Positions 17,258 to 25,987 of a DNA stretch of 64,000 bases are shown in pieces (the stretch's first letter is position 1; every line of letters starts with the position of its first letter). The translations under genes were made by a program, and so were the position numbers. Where the stretch lies: the IMG/VR virus record IMGVR_UViG_3300046517_002960, positions 64,001 through 128,000 of that record. One strand, given 5' to 3'. The notes beneath the pieces are model-generated. The model was given only the letters and a program-made list of their open reading frames with translations. It made no database searches and had not been told where the DNA came from. The DNA is from a virus.

Positions 17258-17631
17258 CCGGGGACGACCCGTACGAGCTGGCCGTGGTGCTGGACGACCT
17301 GACGGCAAACCAGGAAGACGGCATGACGCCGGAGGAGGCGTATGAGCGGCTGGGCGAGCTGCACGAGGCGACCGGCGCCGACTTCGGCATCAGGCTGACC
17401 GTGAGCGCGCACGTGGCGTGGAACGCCGAGGTGCGGGTCACCCCTAAGCCGCACGACCCGGGCACCTCCGACCGCAGCTATGTCACGTTCCGGCACGGCC
17501 CGGCGGAATGGGCGCTGTGCCAGGCCGTGCTGGACGCGCTCCGCTGGCTGGCGCAGGATAAACCCGCGTACACCGATGAGCCGTGCCTGGACTGCACAGA
17601 CGACGATGACCCGGAAGGAACCCCGTCATGA
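17254..17631 (+). CDS. Hypothetical protein
   Basis: 125 aa, ATGA overlap with the previous stop. Confidence 0.7.
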   Translation: MTGDDPYELAVVLDDLTANQEDGMTPEEAYERLGELHEATGADFGIRLTVSAHVAWNAEVRVTPKPHDPGTSDRSYVTFRHGPAEWALCQAVLDALRWLAQDKPAYTDEPCLDCTDDDDPEGTPS

Positions 17632-17676
17632 TCCCGGATCCTGACGGCAACCCTCCGCAGATCAGGGGGTGACGGC

Positions 17677-18210
17677 ATGACGACCAGGATGCAGTTCATC
17701 ACGACGGATGACCTGGACGAGTTCGACAGCGGCGGCAAGGTGCTCAACGACATCGGCGACGACGGCGAGACGGTCGTCTTCTCGGTCGGCGGGCACGTCC
17801 GCGAGCTGCACCTGACGGCGGTCCACGCGAAAGAATTCCGCGCCGTGATGGCGCGGTACGTGGCCGCCGGGCACGAGCCGGGGCAGCAGCCGCTGCCGCC
17901 CGCGGGCGACCGCCCGCCGCCGCGCAAGGGCCAGGGCCGCCGCCGGGAGATCCCCGGCACCCGGGACTTCTACCGGGCCATGCGCGACTTCGCCGCGGAG
18001 CACGGGATCGAGGTGCCCCTGGCGGGCCGGGATGACGACAAGAAGAACTACGTCTACACCGACGAGCTGAAGCGCAGGTACCTGAGCGACCTGCAGCGGC
18101 TGGCCGGCGACCGCAGGGACGGCGGCGGCGCAGCCGCGCAGCTGGCCATGGCGGGACAGCTCGGCCTGATCACGGGCGTACCATCAGGAACACAGCGCGC
18201 TCCGGGGTAG
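17677..18210 (+). CDS. lsr2: Lsr2-like nucleoid-associated protein (divergent DNA-binding domain)
   Basis: N-terminal DDLD...ETVVFSVGG..RELHLT..HAKEFRAVMARYVAAG matches the Lsr2 dimerisation domain; C-terminal AMRDFAAEHGIEV helix. Confidence 0.78.
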   Translation: MTTRMQFITTDDLDEFDSGGKVLNDIGDDGETVVFSVGGHVRELHLTAVHAKEFRAVMARYVAAGHEPGQQPLPPAGDRPPPRKGQGRRREIPGTRDFYRAMRDFAAEHGIEVPLAGRDDDKKNYVYTDELKRRYLSDLQRLAGDRRDGGGAAAQLAMAGQLGLITGVPSGTQRAPG

Positions 18211-18290
18211 TTGATACCTGTGTGGGAAGTACCACGGGAGTATCATGCGGTCAACCGCACCTTCCCTTACCGACATGACGGAGCGAGAAG

Positions 18291-18953
18291 ATGAGCACCA
18301 TGACGGAGGCGCGGCCAGCCAGGCCGGCCCGTACCGACATCCGCCGGCCGGCGTCGGGGATCGTCATCGACCCGGCCGGCCTGACCTGGTGGCGGGATCG
18401 CCGCGCGATGTCCCGCCAGGACCTGTCCGACATGATCACTGTGCTGTGGCTGGACGGCCACCCGGACGCGCTGGCGTTCTGGCACGCCGCCGGGCCGCCC
18501 GGTGACGGGCATGCCGCCGCGCCGCCGCGCCCGGTTCCGGGCAGCACGGCCGATCCCCGGGTCTGCACGGTGTGCGGCGCCAAGATCAAGGGCGGCCTGA
18601 CCCGCGACGGGATCGCCAAGATAGAGCACCCCGATCCCGCCCGCGGCAGGCGGCCGAAAGCCCGCACCCTGCGGGCGCTGTGCGCGGCGCTGAGCACCAG
18701 TGACGAACCGGTCCTGCCCAGGCACCTGCAGCCAGGCGGGCCTGAGCTGCCGCTGTCCGCCGCCGCCCAGGACCGGCAGGCCCGCAAGTACTACAACGAC
18801 GCCATGGTCGGTTTCGCGGACGCGCTGGGCCGGCCGGAACTTTACACCAACAGCGCGGGCCGGCGGTATTACAGTAAGGAACTGCGCGAGATGTACGAGC
18901 AGTACCTGGCGCAGACCCGGGCCGGGACAGGCAGCACGGCCCGCGTGGCGTAG
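18291..18953 (+). CDS. XRE-like HTH regulator with internal insertion and Lsr2-like C-terminal domain
   Basis: LTWWRDRRAMSRQDLSD...LTRDGIAKIE...RPKARTLRALCAAL; CTVC in the insert; C-terminus resembles that of the upstream Lsr2-like protein. Confidence 0.7.
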   Translation: MSTMTEARPARPARTDIRRPASGIVIDPAGLTWWRDRRAMSRQDLSDMITVLWLDGHPDALAFWHAAGPPGDGHAAAPPRPVPGSTADPRVCTVCGAKIKGGLTRDGIAKIEHPDPARGRRPKARTLRALCAALSTSDEPVLPRHLQPGGPELPLSAAAQDRQARKYYNDAMVGFADALGRPELYTNSAGRRYYSKELREMYEQYLAQTRAGTGSTARVA

Positions 18954-18999
18954 CCCCGCCCGCCGCCCCGGCATCACGCAGCCGGCACCAGGAGGATCC

Positions 19000-19134
19000 G
19001 TGGGATATATCGGCGAGGATGAGGACACGGAGGAGATCGTGTTCGAGCCGCTGGACGAGCCCGTCCCGGACGGGATGCCGGCCGAGCCCGTGACCCCGCT
19101 GCCGGCCCGGCCCGCGCAGCCGGTCCCGGTCTAG
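19000..19134 (+). CDS. 44-aa acidic Pro-rich peptide
   Basis: GGAGG-N5-GTG start; MGYIGEDEDTEEIVFEPLDEPVP... Confidence 0.65.
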   Translation: MGYIGEDEDTEEIVFEPLDEPVPDGMPAEPVTPLPARPAQPVPV

Positions 19135-19139
19135 CGCCC

Positions 19140-20291
19140 GTGACCCCGCAGGAACAGCAGGCTGCGAAAGAGGCCGCCAAGAGGGTCACCGCCAGCCTGG
19201 CCTACATCGCCCGCCGGTACGGCCGCCTGACGGACGCGACCGCCCAGGCGACCGCGTACATGCAGCAGGTCAGCCACGCGTGGTACGCCGCGGGTGGCAG
19301 CGTCTCCCCCGGCAGCGGGCAGGACGCGAGCACGGGCCTGGCTCAGGTCCCGGGGGTTGCCTGGGGCTCAGCGGGCGGGAGCGCCGCGGGCAGCGTGACC
19401 CTGAGCGGCGGCGGAAGCGCCAGCCCCGGTCCGGGCGGCGGGGGCGGCGGGTTCACGCAGGTCCCGGGGGTTGCCTGGGGCAGTGCGGGCGGGAGCACGG
19501 CCAGCGCGAGCCTGGCTGGCGGTGCCTCGCGGAAGACAGCTCCCCGCATTGCCTCGGACGGGTTCAGCGATACCGAGCCCCCGGTCGTCGCCGGCTCCGT
19601 CACCGGTTACCGGTGGTGGACGCTTGCCGCCCCGGACCTGGCCGGCAACCCGCTGGAAGCCGACCGGTACTGGGACCCGGAGCGCGCGGCCAGGCTGCGC
19701 GGGGCCTGGGCCGCCTGGCAGCCGGGCGTCAACTTCGCGCAGTGCCTGGCCTACCAGGGCGCGGCGGCAGGCCATGACCCGGCACTTCTTCCGGCTAAAG
19801 GCTGCGGCTGCGGGTTCTGGGCGTACTGGGGCCTGCAGCAGTCCTCGCTGACCCGGCCCGGCACGCTGCCGGTGTTCGGCGTCATCAAGGGTTTCGGCCG
19901 GACCCGGACCGGCGCGCACGGCTTCCGCGTCGCCAAGGCCCGGATCCTGGCCGTGCACCTGCCGCTGGTCATCGGGAACCGGCAGCACATGCTGGACGAG
20001 CTGGCCCGTCGTGAGGCCGTCCGCCGGGCGATGTTCACCGGCCGGGTGATCAATGTCGGCACGGACCACGTGCCCGGGCCGCTGGGCGGCGCTCTCCCGG
20101 CGCCGGAACCGGTGCCCGAGCCGCCGCCGGAGGAGATCGCCGCGGACGAGGCCCGGGGCGAGGCGTGGCTGGCGGTGATCGGCGACCGGATCGAGCAGGC
20201 CTACCCCGGCGTCCGCGTGTTCGAGACGCGCGACGCGCTGCTGAAGACCTTCCCGCCGGACGCGGTGTACGGGCGGGGACAGCAGGCGTGA
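19140..20291 (+). CDS. Hypothetical protein with Gly/Ser repeat and Cys-containing domain of unknown function
   Basis: QVPGVAWGSAGGS twice; GYRWW..W.PG.N.AQC..GH...GCGCGFWAY..VFGVIKGFG...GFRVAKA. Confidence 0.75.
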   Translation: MTPQEQQAAKEAAKRVTASLAYIARRYGRLTDATAQATAYMQQVSHAWYAAGGSVSPGSGQDASTGLAQVPGVAWGSAGGSAAGSVTLSGGGSASPGPGGGGGGFTQVPGVAWGSAGGSTASASLAGGASRKTAPRIASDGFSDTEPPVVAGSVTGYRWWTLAAPDLAGNPLEADRYWDPERAARLRGAWAAWQPGVNFAQCLAYQGAAAGHDPALLPAKGCGCGFWAYWGLQQSSLTRPGTLPVFGVIKGFGRTRTGAHGFRVAKARILAVHLPLVIGNRQHMLDELARREAVRRAMFTGRVINVGTDHVPGPLGGALPAPEPVPEPPPEEIAADEARGEAWLAVIGDRIEQAYPGVRVFETRDALLKTFPPDAVYGRGQQA

Positions 20292-20449
20292 TCCTCATCT
20301 TCGCCCTGGCCGGCGCTAGCGTCGTGCTCGTCATCGCCGGGCTGGCGTACGCGCTGTACGACGCGAGCAGGCCGCAGCGCCCCCGTTTATGTAAGTACGG
20401 AAACCCTGGTCAGAGCCTATGTTTAGCTAACATGTTTGACAATGTTTAA
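20288..20449 (+). CDS. Small membrane protein
   Basis: GTGA-coupled start; N-terminal hydrophobic helix; 3' end runs into the AT-rich promoter. Confidence 0.5.
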   Translation: MILIFALAGASVVLVIAGLAYALYDASRPQRPRLCKYGNPGQSLCLANMFDNV

Positions 20450-20464
20450 TCTGTCATGTATACT
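20436..20464 (+). promoter_or_regulatory. Consensus housekeeping sigma promoter TTGACA-N17-TATACT
   Basis: Exact -35 at 20436-20441 and -10 at 20459-20464 in an AT-rich island. Confidence 0.85.
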
Positions 20465-20511
20465 GCGGAGGTACAGCGCTCTAGGCTGGGCGCAGAGCAG
20501 GAGACAGGTAC

Positions 20512-20823
20512 ATGGCTCTTTCAGGGCAGGACAAGGCCGCGCTGCGGGCGCAGGACGAGGTGACCCGGAGGCAGCCGTGAGGTTCTGGCGCGGCAACCGG
20601 GCCGACGCGGAATTCAGCGCGGATCCCGCTGATGTGGCCATGCCGCTGGACCGGTGCCTACGCGTACGACGGCGCCATGCCGCTGGACCGGTGCCTGCGC
20701 GGCTTCCTGACCGACCCGGCCGGCTTCAACGCGGTCTGGGACGAGCCGGACTACGAGGCCCTGTTCGCCGCGGTGCTGGCCGCCTGGCCCGGCGAGCCCC
20801 CGCGCCCCGGATTCCCGGGCTGA
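20512..20823 (+). pseudogene. Probably disrupted small gene (1-nt frameshift near 20566 plus 19-nt duplication at 20640-20658)
   Basis: ATG at 20512 after CAGGAGAC; 23-bp direct repeat at 20637-20659 and 20674-20696; removing 19 nt joins VRFWRG...DVA to YAYDGAMPLDRCL... Confidence 0.5.
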
Positions 20824-20943
20824 CCTGACTTTTATGCACGTGTGAATGCAAATTACCGTTGCACGTGCATTGTCGGGTAGACTGTATAGGACAGCGAAGG
20901 ACAAAGAACTTCGCGCATCAGGATCACGATCAGGAGACAGTAC

Positions 20944-21393
20944 ATGAAAATCCGCACCATGCTCTATGCCGCTGCAGCCCCCGCCGTCCTGGCGGTCTCG
21001 CTGCTCGGCGCCACCGCCGCGTCCGCGTCGACCGGCCCCGGCTCGTTCAGCGTCGCCGGCACCACGCCGGGCAACAGCTCGCTGGTCAAGGCCACGTTCA
21101 GCTACGGCGACCCGGTGTTCGGGAACGTCATCTGCCAGGAGGTTCACCACCAGAACCGTACCCAGGACTTCGACAGCGTGAGCTGCCAGACCCCTGACGG
21201 CGCGGCTCTCGGCGGCGGGTACCAGCCCGGCGTGAGCTACACGGTGCCGTGGATCAGCGACTTCGCTGGTAACCCGAACGGGACGCTCACCGACCTGCCG
21301 AAGCAGCCGGACACCGCGCAGGTCGTCCTGACCTTCGTGCTCGATGCGGCCGGCAACGGCTACACCGGTACCACGTCCAGCTACACCGGCTGA
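20944..21393 (+). CDS. Secreted beta-rich protein
   Basis: Signal peptide MKIRTMLYAAAAPAVLAVSLLGATAASA; GATCAGGAGAC upstream. Confidence 0.8.
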   Translation: MKIRTMLYAAAAPAVLAVSLLGATAASASTGPGSFSVAGTTPGNSSLVKATFSYGDPVFGNVICQEVHHQNRTQDFDSVSCQTPDGAALGGGYQPGVSYTVPWISDFAGNPNGTLTDLPKQPDTAQVVLTFVLDAAGNGYTGTTSSYTG

Positions 21394-21589
21394 CCCGGAC
21401 TGCCCGCGCCGTCCGGGGGAGCGAGGGGGAGGGCGGCGCGGGTACTTCTCAGGTAAGCAGCGCCCGGCTCGCGGATCAGCTTCCGCGGGCCGGGCGTTTG
21501 CATGCCCGGCCTAAAGAACACAGCCTTCCGCGGGAATGTCACCGCCCGCCTTTACCCTGGCGGCAGCCAGCTTCCCGCAGGAGAGAGAA

Positions 21590-21639
21590 ACCAGCTGTGT
21601 GCGTGGAATTTGACGCACACAGCTGGTCGGGCATAAGCT
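21590..21639 (+). promoter_or_regulatory. Promoter TTGACG-N18-TAAGCT overlapped by a perfect 15-bp inverted repeat (operator)
   Basis: ACCAGCTGTGTGCGT (21590-21604) and ACGCACACAGCTGGT (21613-21627); -35 at 21610-21615, -10 at 21634-21639. Confidence 0.75.
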
Positions 21640-21698
21640 GTAGGTACAGCGGAAGTACGGCAACAGACCGAGAACACCAACGATCAGGAGATCAGCGC

Positions 21699-23024
21699 AT
21701 GTCACAGACCCCCACCATCGAAGCGCGCAACGCCGGGCTTGAAGACATCCTCACCATCCTGCAGGAGCAGCGGGCGCGGCGTCTGGACGTCGTGATCCGC
21801 GAGCGGATGATCGACGCCCTCGGCGGCAAGGTCCTCGTCCGGGCCGGAGACTCCACCCAGTGGGTCACCGAGGACGGCGTCACCTCCGCCGCCGGCGTCT
21901 ACCGGCCCACCGCGGTCGGTGACGAGGGCCTGGCCGCGCTGCTCGGCGTGGACGGCGGCTTCCTGAAGAAGCTGCGCCGGCTCGATCCCGCCCGTACCGA
22001 CATGTGGGATGCCATTGTCAACGGCTTCCTGCACGGCGGTGCCGAGACCATCGACGGCGAGGACCGTAATTACCCGCCGTACGACGGCGCGATCCTGCTC
22101 CGCCTGCTCAAGGGCGACGAAGCACAGACAGACGGCGTGCTGCGCGCTGCGCTGTCGCCCCGGTACAAGATCATCGACAACCTGGATGTGCTGCTCGCCG
22201 TCATGGACGGGCTCCGCAAGGCCGGGGTGAACGCCATCCCGGACGTGTCCGACCTGACCGACCGGCGGATGCACGTCCGGTTCTCCGTCCCGGAGATCGC
22301 CGCCTACGCGCCGCAGCTGCTGGAAGGCTACCGGTCCCCGTTCGACGGCCCTGGCGGGCTCAAGCGGGCCGGCCAGGGCAACCGCCCCGGCATGAAGCTG
22401 GACGTCGGCCACTTCGGCGTCGGCGAGCAGGCCCTGCAGCGCGGGCTGGCCGCCGCCAGGGGCGAGCGCAAGGACTACGCGCCCGGCTCCGAGCCCATCG
22501 TGTTCGCCGGGCTCAAGGTCACCAACTCCGACGTGGGCGAGGGCGCCCGCACGATCGCGCCGGAGATCGTCGTGCAGATCTGCGGCAACCGGCTCACCCT
22601 CACCGCCTCGGCTGACCGGGCCGTGCACCTCGGCCGCCAGCAGGACGAGGGCGTGATCGAGTGGTCCGCCGACACCATGGAGAAGGAGCTGGAGCTCATC
22701 ACCGCCCAGGCCGCTGACGCGGTGCAGACCTTCCTCACGCCCGAGTGGTTTTTCGGCGAGGTGGAGAAGATCGAGGCGCTGGCGGGCAAGCCGGTGGAGC
22801 GGGCCGAGGAGGTCATCAAGGACGTCTCCAGGGCGGCCGGGTTCACGCAGTCCGAGGCGAGCGACATCCTGGCGCATTTCCTGCGCGGCGGGGCCTACAC
22901 CGCCGGCGGGGTGGCCAACGCCGTCACCTCCGTCAGCCAGACCCTGGACAACGCCGACCGCGCTGCCGAGCTGGACGCCAAGGCCGTGCCGGTCATGGCC
23001 CACGCCGCCCGGCTAGCGGGCTAG
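21699..23024 (+). CDS. DUF932-like protein
   Basis: LRAALSPRYKIIDN.DVL..V, SDLTDRRMHVRF, GLKVTNSDVGEG..TIAP..VQICGN motifs; ATG at 21699 after GATCAGGAGAT. Confidence 0.7.
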   Translation: MSQTPTIEARNAGLEDILTILQEQRARRLDVVIRERMIDALGGKVLVRAGDSTQWVTEDGVTSAAGVYRPTAVGDEGLAALLGVDGGFLKKLRRLDPARTDMWDAIVNGFLHGGAETIDGEDRNYPPYDGAILLRLLKGDEAQTDGVLRAALSPRYKIIDNLDVLLAVMDGLRKAGVNAIPDVSDLTDRRMHVRFSVPEIAAYAPQLLEGYRSPFDGPGGLKRAGQGNRPGMKLDVGHFGVGEQALQRGLAAARGERKDYAPGSEPIVFAGLKVTNSDVGEGARTIAPEIVVQICGNRLTLTASADRAVHLGRQQDEGVIEWSADTMEKELELITAQAADAVQTFLTPEWFFGEVEKIEALAGKPVERAEEVIKDVSRAAGFTQSEASDILAHFLRGGAYTAGGVANAVTSVSQTLDNADRAAELDAKAVPVMAHAARLAG

Positions 23025-23030
23025 CCACCT

Positions 23031-23064
23031 GCCCGGCCCGGGTGCTGCATCACCCGGGCCGGGC
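23031..23064 (+). terminator. 14-bp GC hairpin after the DUF932-like gene
   Basis: GCCCGGCCCGGGTG-ctgcat-CACCCGGGCCGGGC; no U-tract. Confidence 0.6.
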
Positions 23065-23111
23065 AGCCCCATCCTGGGTACCATCACAACACTGACGATC
23101 AGGAGACAGCG

Positions 23112-23327
23112 ATGCCCGACCTGGACCTCTCGGACCTGCCGGAGGATGACGACCTGCTGGTCTCGGCCCGGCAGGCCCTGGCTGGCGAGACCACGTACCT
23201 GCACCTGGGCGGCCGGGTGATCGCCGCCATCGTGCCGGAGTACGTGGCGCAGGAGCACGACGAGGACATCAGCGCCGAGGTAGCGGGCGCCGGGGTAGAG
23301 GACGACGCCTCGGCCCTGGCGCCCTGA
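23112..23327 (+). CDS. Acidic Phd/YefM-antitoxin-like small protein
   Basis: LLVSARQALAGETTYLHLGGRVIAAIVP fits the Phd beta-alpha pattern; GATCAGGAGAC upstream. Confidence 0.55.
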   Translation: MPDLDLSDLPEDDDLLVSARQALAGETTYLHLGGRVIAAIVPEYVAQEHDEDISAEVAGAGVEDDASALAP

Positions 23328-23372
23328 CCCTCCGCCCGCAAGCAGGACCAGACACAGATCAGGAGACAGCAG

Positions 23373-23930
23373 ATGACCAGGACCCCCGACACCGACACCT
23401 GGACCTGGATCAAGCGCGCCATCGCGGTCGCGCTGTTCCTCGTCCTCCCCTTCGCGGTCGCCGCGTGCAAGAGCAGCAGCAGCTCCGAGGCTCAGGCCGG
23501 CAAGTCTGCCGCCGCCTCGGTCACCGCCAACCCGGCCTTCATCAAGGCCAAGGCCCTGGTGGCGCACTGTTTCGCCGGCACCCCGGTGCAGCAGGCCCAT
23601 CAGGCGCACCTGGTGTTCTTCTCCAGCGAGAACGGCAAGCACGGCGACGAGGTGAAGAAGGCCCGGGCCACGCTGCTCGGCTGCCTGGGCATCAGCAAGT
23701 CCGACGAGACCCCGTTCTTCAACGACGCGGTCACCCAGGCCAAGTACGGCAAGGTGCTTCTCACGCACGACGGCCGGGTCACCTACTTCGGGACCACGCT
23801 GCCGAACATCGTCCTGAAGTACTCCAGCGCCTACACCCCGCCCGCCAGCCCCGGCGCGGGCACCGTCCCGGGCGCCAGCGATGCGCCGATGCCGACCGCG
23901 ACCCCCGTCACGACAGGAGCCACCTCATGA
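23373..23930 (+). CDS. Putative lipoprotein
   Basis: Hydrophobic stretch ending AVAAC (lipobox-like), Ser-rich linker, two further Cys. Confidence 0.75.
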   Translation: MTRTPDTDTWTWIKRAIAVALFLVLPFAVAACKSSSSSEAQAGKSAAASVTANPAFIKAKALVAHCFAGTPVQQAHQAHLVFFSSENGKHGDEVKKARATLLGCLGISKSDETPFFNDAVTQAKYGKVLLTHDGRVTYFGTTLPNIVLKYSSAYTPPASPGAGTVPGASDAPMPTATPVTTGATS

Positions 23931-24136
23931 GCGAGCAGGTCACGTACCGGGAACTGTTCGAGAAGTACGCCCGGCGCGAGCAGCGCCGTGACATCGCGGC
24001 CATCGTCAGCGGTGTCGCCGCGGTCGTCGGGCTGGCCGGCTCGGTGCTGGCCCTGCGGGAGCTGAAGGCCGACCGGGCCGCCGTCCAGGCCGTGCAGGCT
24101 GCCCGCCGCCCGGGCCGGCCCGCCGGGAGGCCGTGA
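23927..24136 (+). CDS. Small single-TM protein
   Basis: ATGA-coupled; IAAIVSGVAAVVGLAGSVLAL. Confidence 0.7.
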   Translation: MSEQVTYRELFEKYARREQRRDIAAIVSGVAAVVGLAGSVLALRELKADRAAVQAVQAARRPGRPAGRP

Positions 24137-25242
24137 TGACCGCCATCCCGGTGGAGCCGGAGCGCCCTGTCGTCACGAAGCGGCCCGGGCGCAAGTCCAC
24201 CGACCTGCCGCGGATCCGGCCGCTGTCCTGGCTCGGCCTCGAATCGGTCGCCTGGGGCGTGGTCATCGCGCACCTGATCAAGTGGGCGGTGTCGTTCGGC
24301 TACTACGTCGCCTGGCAGGTCAAGTACGGCGTCGGCCAGGCATCCGGCCCCGGGTACTTCACGGTCTGGAACGGCAAGGACTTCTGGGACCGCCTGGTCA
24401 TCCACATCCAGAACGGGCTGCCCGGCGAGGTCGCCGTCCTGGCCGGGATCGCGGTCGCGGTCATCGCGGGCCTGGTGTTCTGGCTGGTCGCCCGGCCGGA
24501 GCGGGCCTGGTCCAAGGCGCTCGTCACCGGGCTCGCCGTGGCCTGCGGGACCGGCGCGGCGCTCGGCATTGCCTGGCAGCTGGCCGGCTGGCACGTGCAC
24601 TGGTTCCCGACCCAGGAGGAGCCCGCCTGGTGGGTGACGTGGCGGCACGACGCCCGCGACGTCGGCATCGCCGTGATCGCCACCATCATCGTCCGGCTCC
24701 TGTTCGTCAAGCCGAAGTACCCGGCTGACGACAACCCCGGCTGGAAGGTCTACGCCACCTCCGTGCCGAAGGCGATCAGCCTGGCGCTCATCCCCATCGC
24801 GCTGATCGGCGTGCTGGCCTGGAAGGTGCCGTGGCTGATGCAGCACGGCTGGAAGGTCCCGGCGAACTGGGGCGTGTACGCGTCCGAGGTAAACGGCTGG
24901 ATAGAGGCCGGAACCTGGATCACGGTCGTCATGGGCATCCTCGGCGGTCTCGCCGCCAGCAAGGCCATCCAGCGGGTGGCGGACGACATCCAGTGGTTCA
25001 TGGCCGAGCGCTCGGCCGGGCACGTCCGGTCCGAGAGCGGCCTGGACGCCCTGCGCGGCAACCGGGTAATCGGCAGCCCGTCGCACCGTCTCCGCACGCG
25101 CTGGATGCTGGGGCGCTCCCTGACGCTGCCGTCCCGCAACCCCTGGCTGGTCCGCGCCCTGGTCTTCGCCGGGTTCGTCACGCTGGTCTTCGCCGGCGCC
25201 GGCGCCTGGCTCAACCTGTTCGGCCCGGCCGCACCGCACTAG
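24133..25242 (+). CDS. Polytopic membrane protein (about 8 hydrophobic segments)
   Basis: 369 aa, Trp-rich with multiple hydrophobic helices; coupled to the previous gene. Confidence 0.8.
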   Translation: MMTAIPVEPERPVVTKRPGRKSTDLPRIRPLSWLGLESVAWGVVIAHLIKWAVSFGYYVAWQVKYGVGQASGPGYFTVWNGKDFWDRLVIHIQNGLPGEVAVLAGIAVAVIAGLVFWLVARPERAWSKALVTGLAVACGTGAALGIAWQLAGWHVHWFPTQEEPAWWVTWRHDARDVGIAVIATIIVRLLFVKPKYPADDNPGWKVYATSVPKAISLALIPIALIGVLAWKVPWLMQHGWKVPANWGVYASEVNGWIEAGTWITVVMGILGGLAASKAIQRVADDIQWFMAERSAGHVRSESGLDALRGNRVIGSPSHRLRTRWMLGRSLTLPSRNPWLVRALVFAGFVTLVFAGAGAWLNLFGPAAPH

Positions 25243-25259
25243 GACAGGAGGACACGAGC

Positions 25260-25655
25260 ATGTTCTACTGCGACCCGTGCCGCCGCAAGCGGCAGTGGCC
25301 GGAGTCCCTGGCCCGCAGCCGCGGCTCATGCGAGGTGTGCGGCCAGGCGGCGGTGTGCTACGACATGCCCAGCCCCCGGCTGTCGGCGCCCGGAGCCGGG
25401 GGTCCCTACCCCGATCGCGAGCACGGCGGCGGCGCCGAGGCGACCCGGTACCGGTACTTTGTCACCTATCCCGGCGAGCCTGAACGCGAGGTGGACGTGC
25501 ACGAGTGGCGCGCCGCCGAGCAGGCTGCCGGGTTCTGGCCGAAGCTGGGACCGGGACACAACGCGACAGCCGGGTTCGGAGGCAAGGGGATCCGCGGCCG
25601 GATGCAGCTGATCCCCGCCGGCCCCGGGCACCTGCGCACCGGCAGGCTGCTGTGA
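25260..25655 (+). CDS. Zn-ribbon protein (CDPC...CEVC)
   Basis: ATG at 25260 after GACAGGAGGAC. Confidence 0.7.
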   Translation: MFYCDPCRRKRQWPESLARSRGSCEVCGQAAVCYDMPSPRLSAPGAGGPYPDREHGGGAEATRYRYFVTYPGEPEREVDVHEWRAAEQAAGFWPKLGPGHNATAGFGGKGIRGRMQLIPAGPGHLRTGRLL

Positions 25656-25987
25656 CCGCGTACCTGCTGCCGGCCAGCGGAGCCTGCGACCCGTCGCTGT
25701 GCCGGGCGCCCAGCTACCACGTATTCCTGCACGGGGCGCTGGCCTGCCAGTGTGGCGCGGAGATCATGGAGTCCTCGCCATGCGGGCCGGGCTGCGAGCG
25801 GCCTGGCCAATCATCCGGCCGGCCGGAGAATCCGGTCAGCTGCCCGTCCTGCGGCTCCCCCGACCGCGGCGAGCTGTACTACGTCGCCGGGCGCAACGAG
25901 CCGGTCAGCTGCAGCAGCGACTGGCACGACCCGGATGCCCGCGGGCCGGACGACGACCCTCACAACGATCAGGAGACACGTACGTGA
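25652..25987 (+). CDS. Cys-rich hypothetical protein
   Basis: GTGA-coupled; CQCG, CPSCG motifs. Confidence 0.6.
   Translation: MTAYLLPASGACDPSLCRAPSYHVFLHGALACQCGAEIMESSPCGPGCERPGQSSGRPENPVSCPSCGSPDRGELYYVAGRNEPVSCSSDWHDPDARGPDDDPHNDQETRT

Noticed and set aside
21498-21698. Upstream extension of the DUF932-like ORF to 508 aa
   Set aside because: The extension spans the promoter and operator; ATG 21699 has the start-associated motif.
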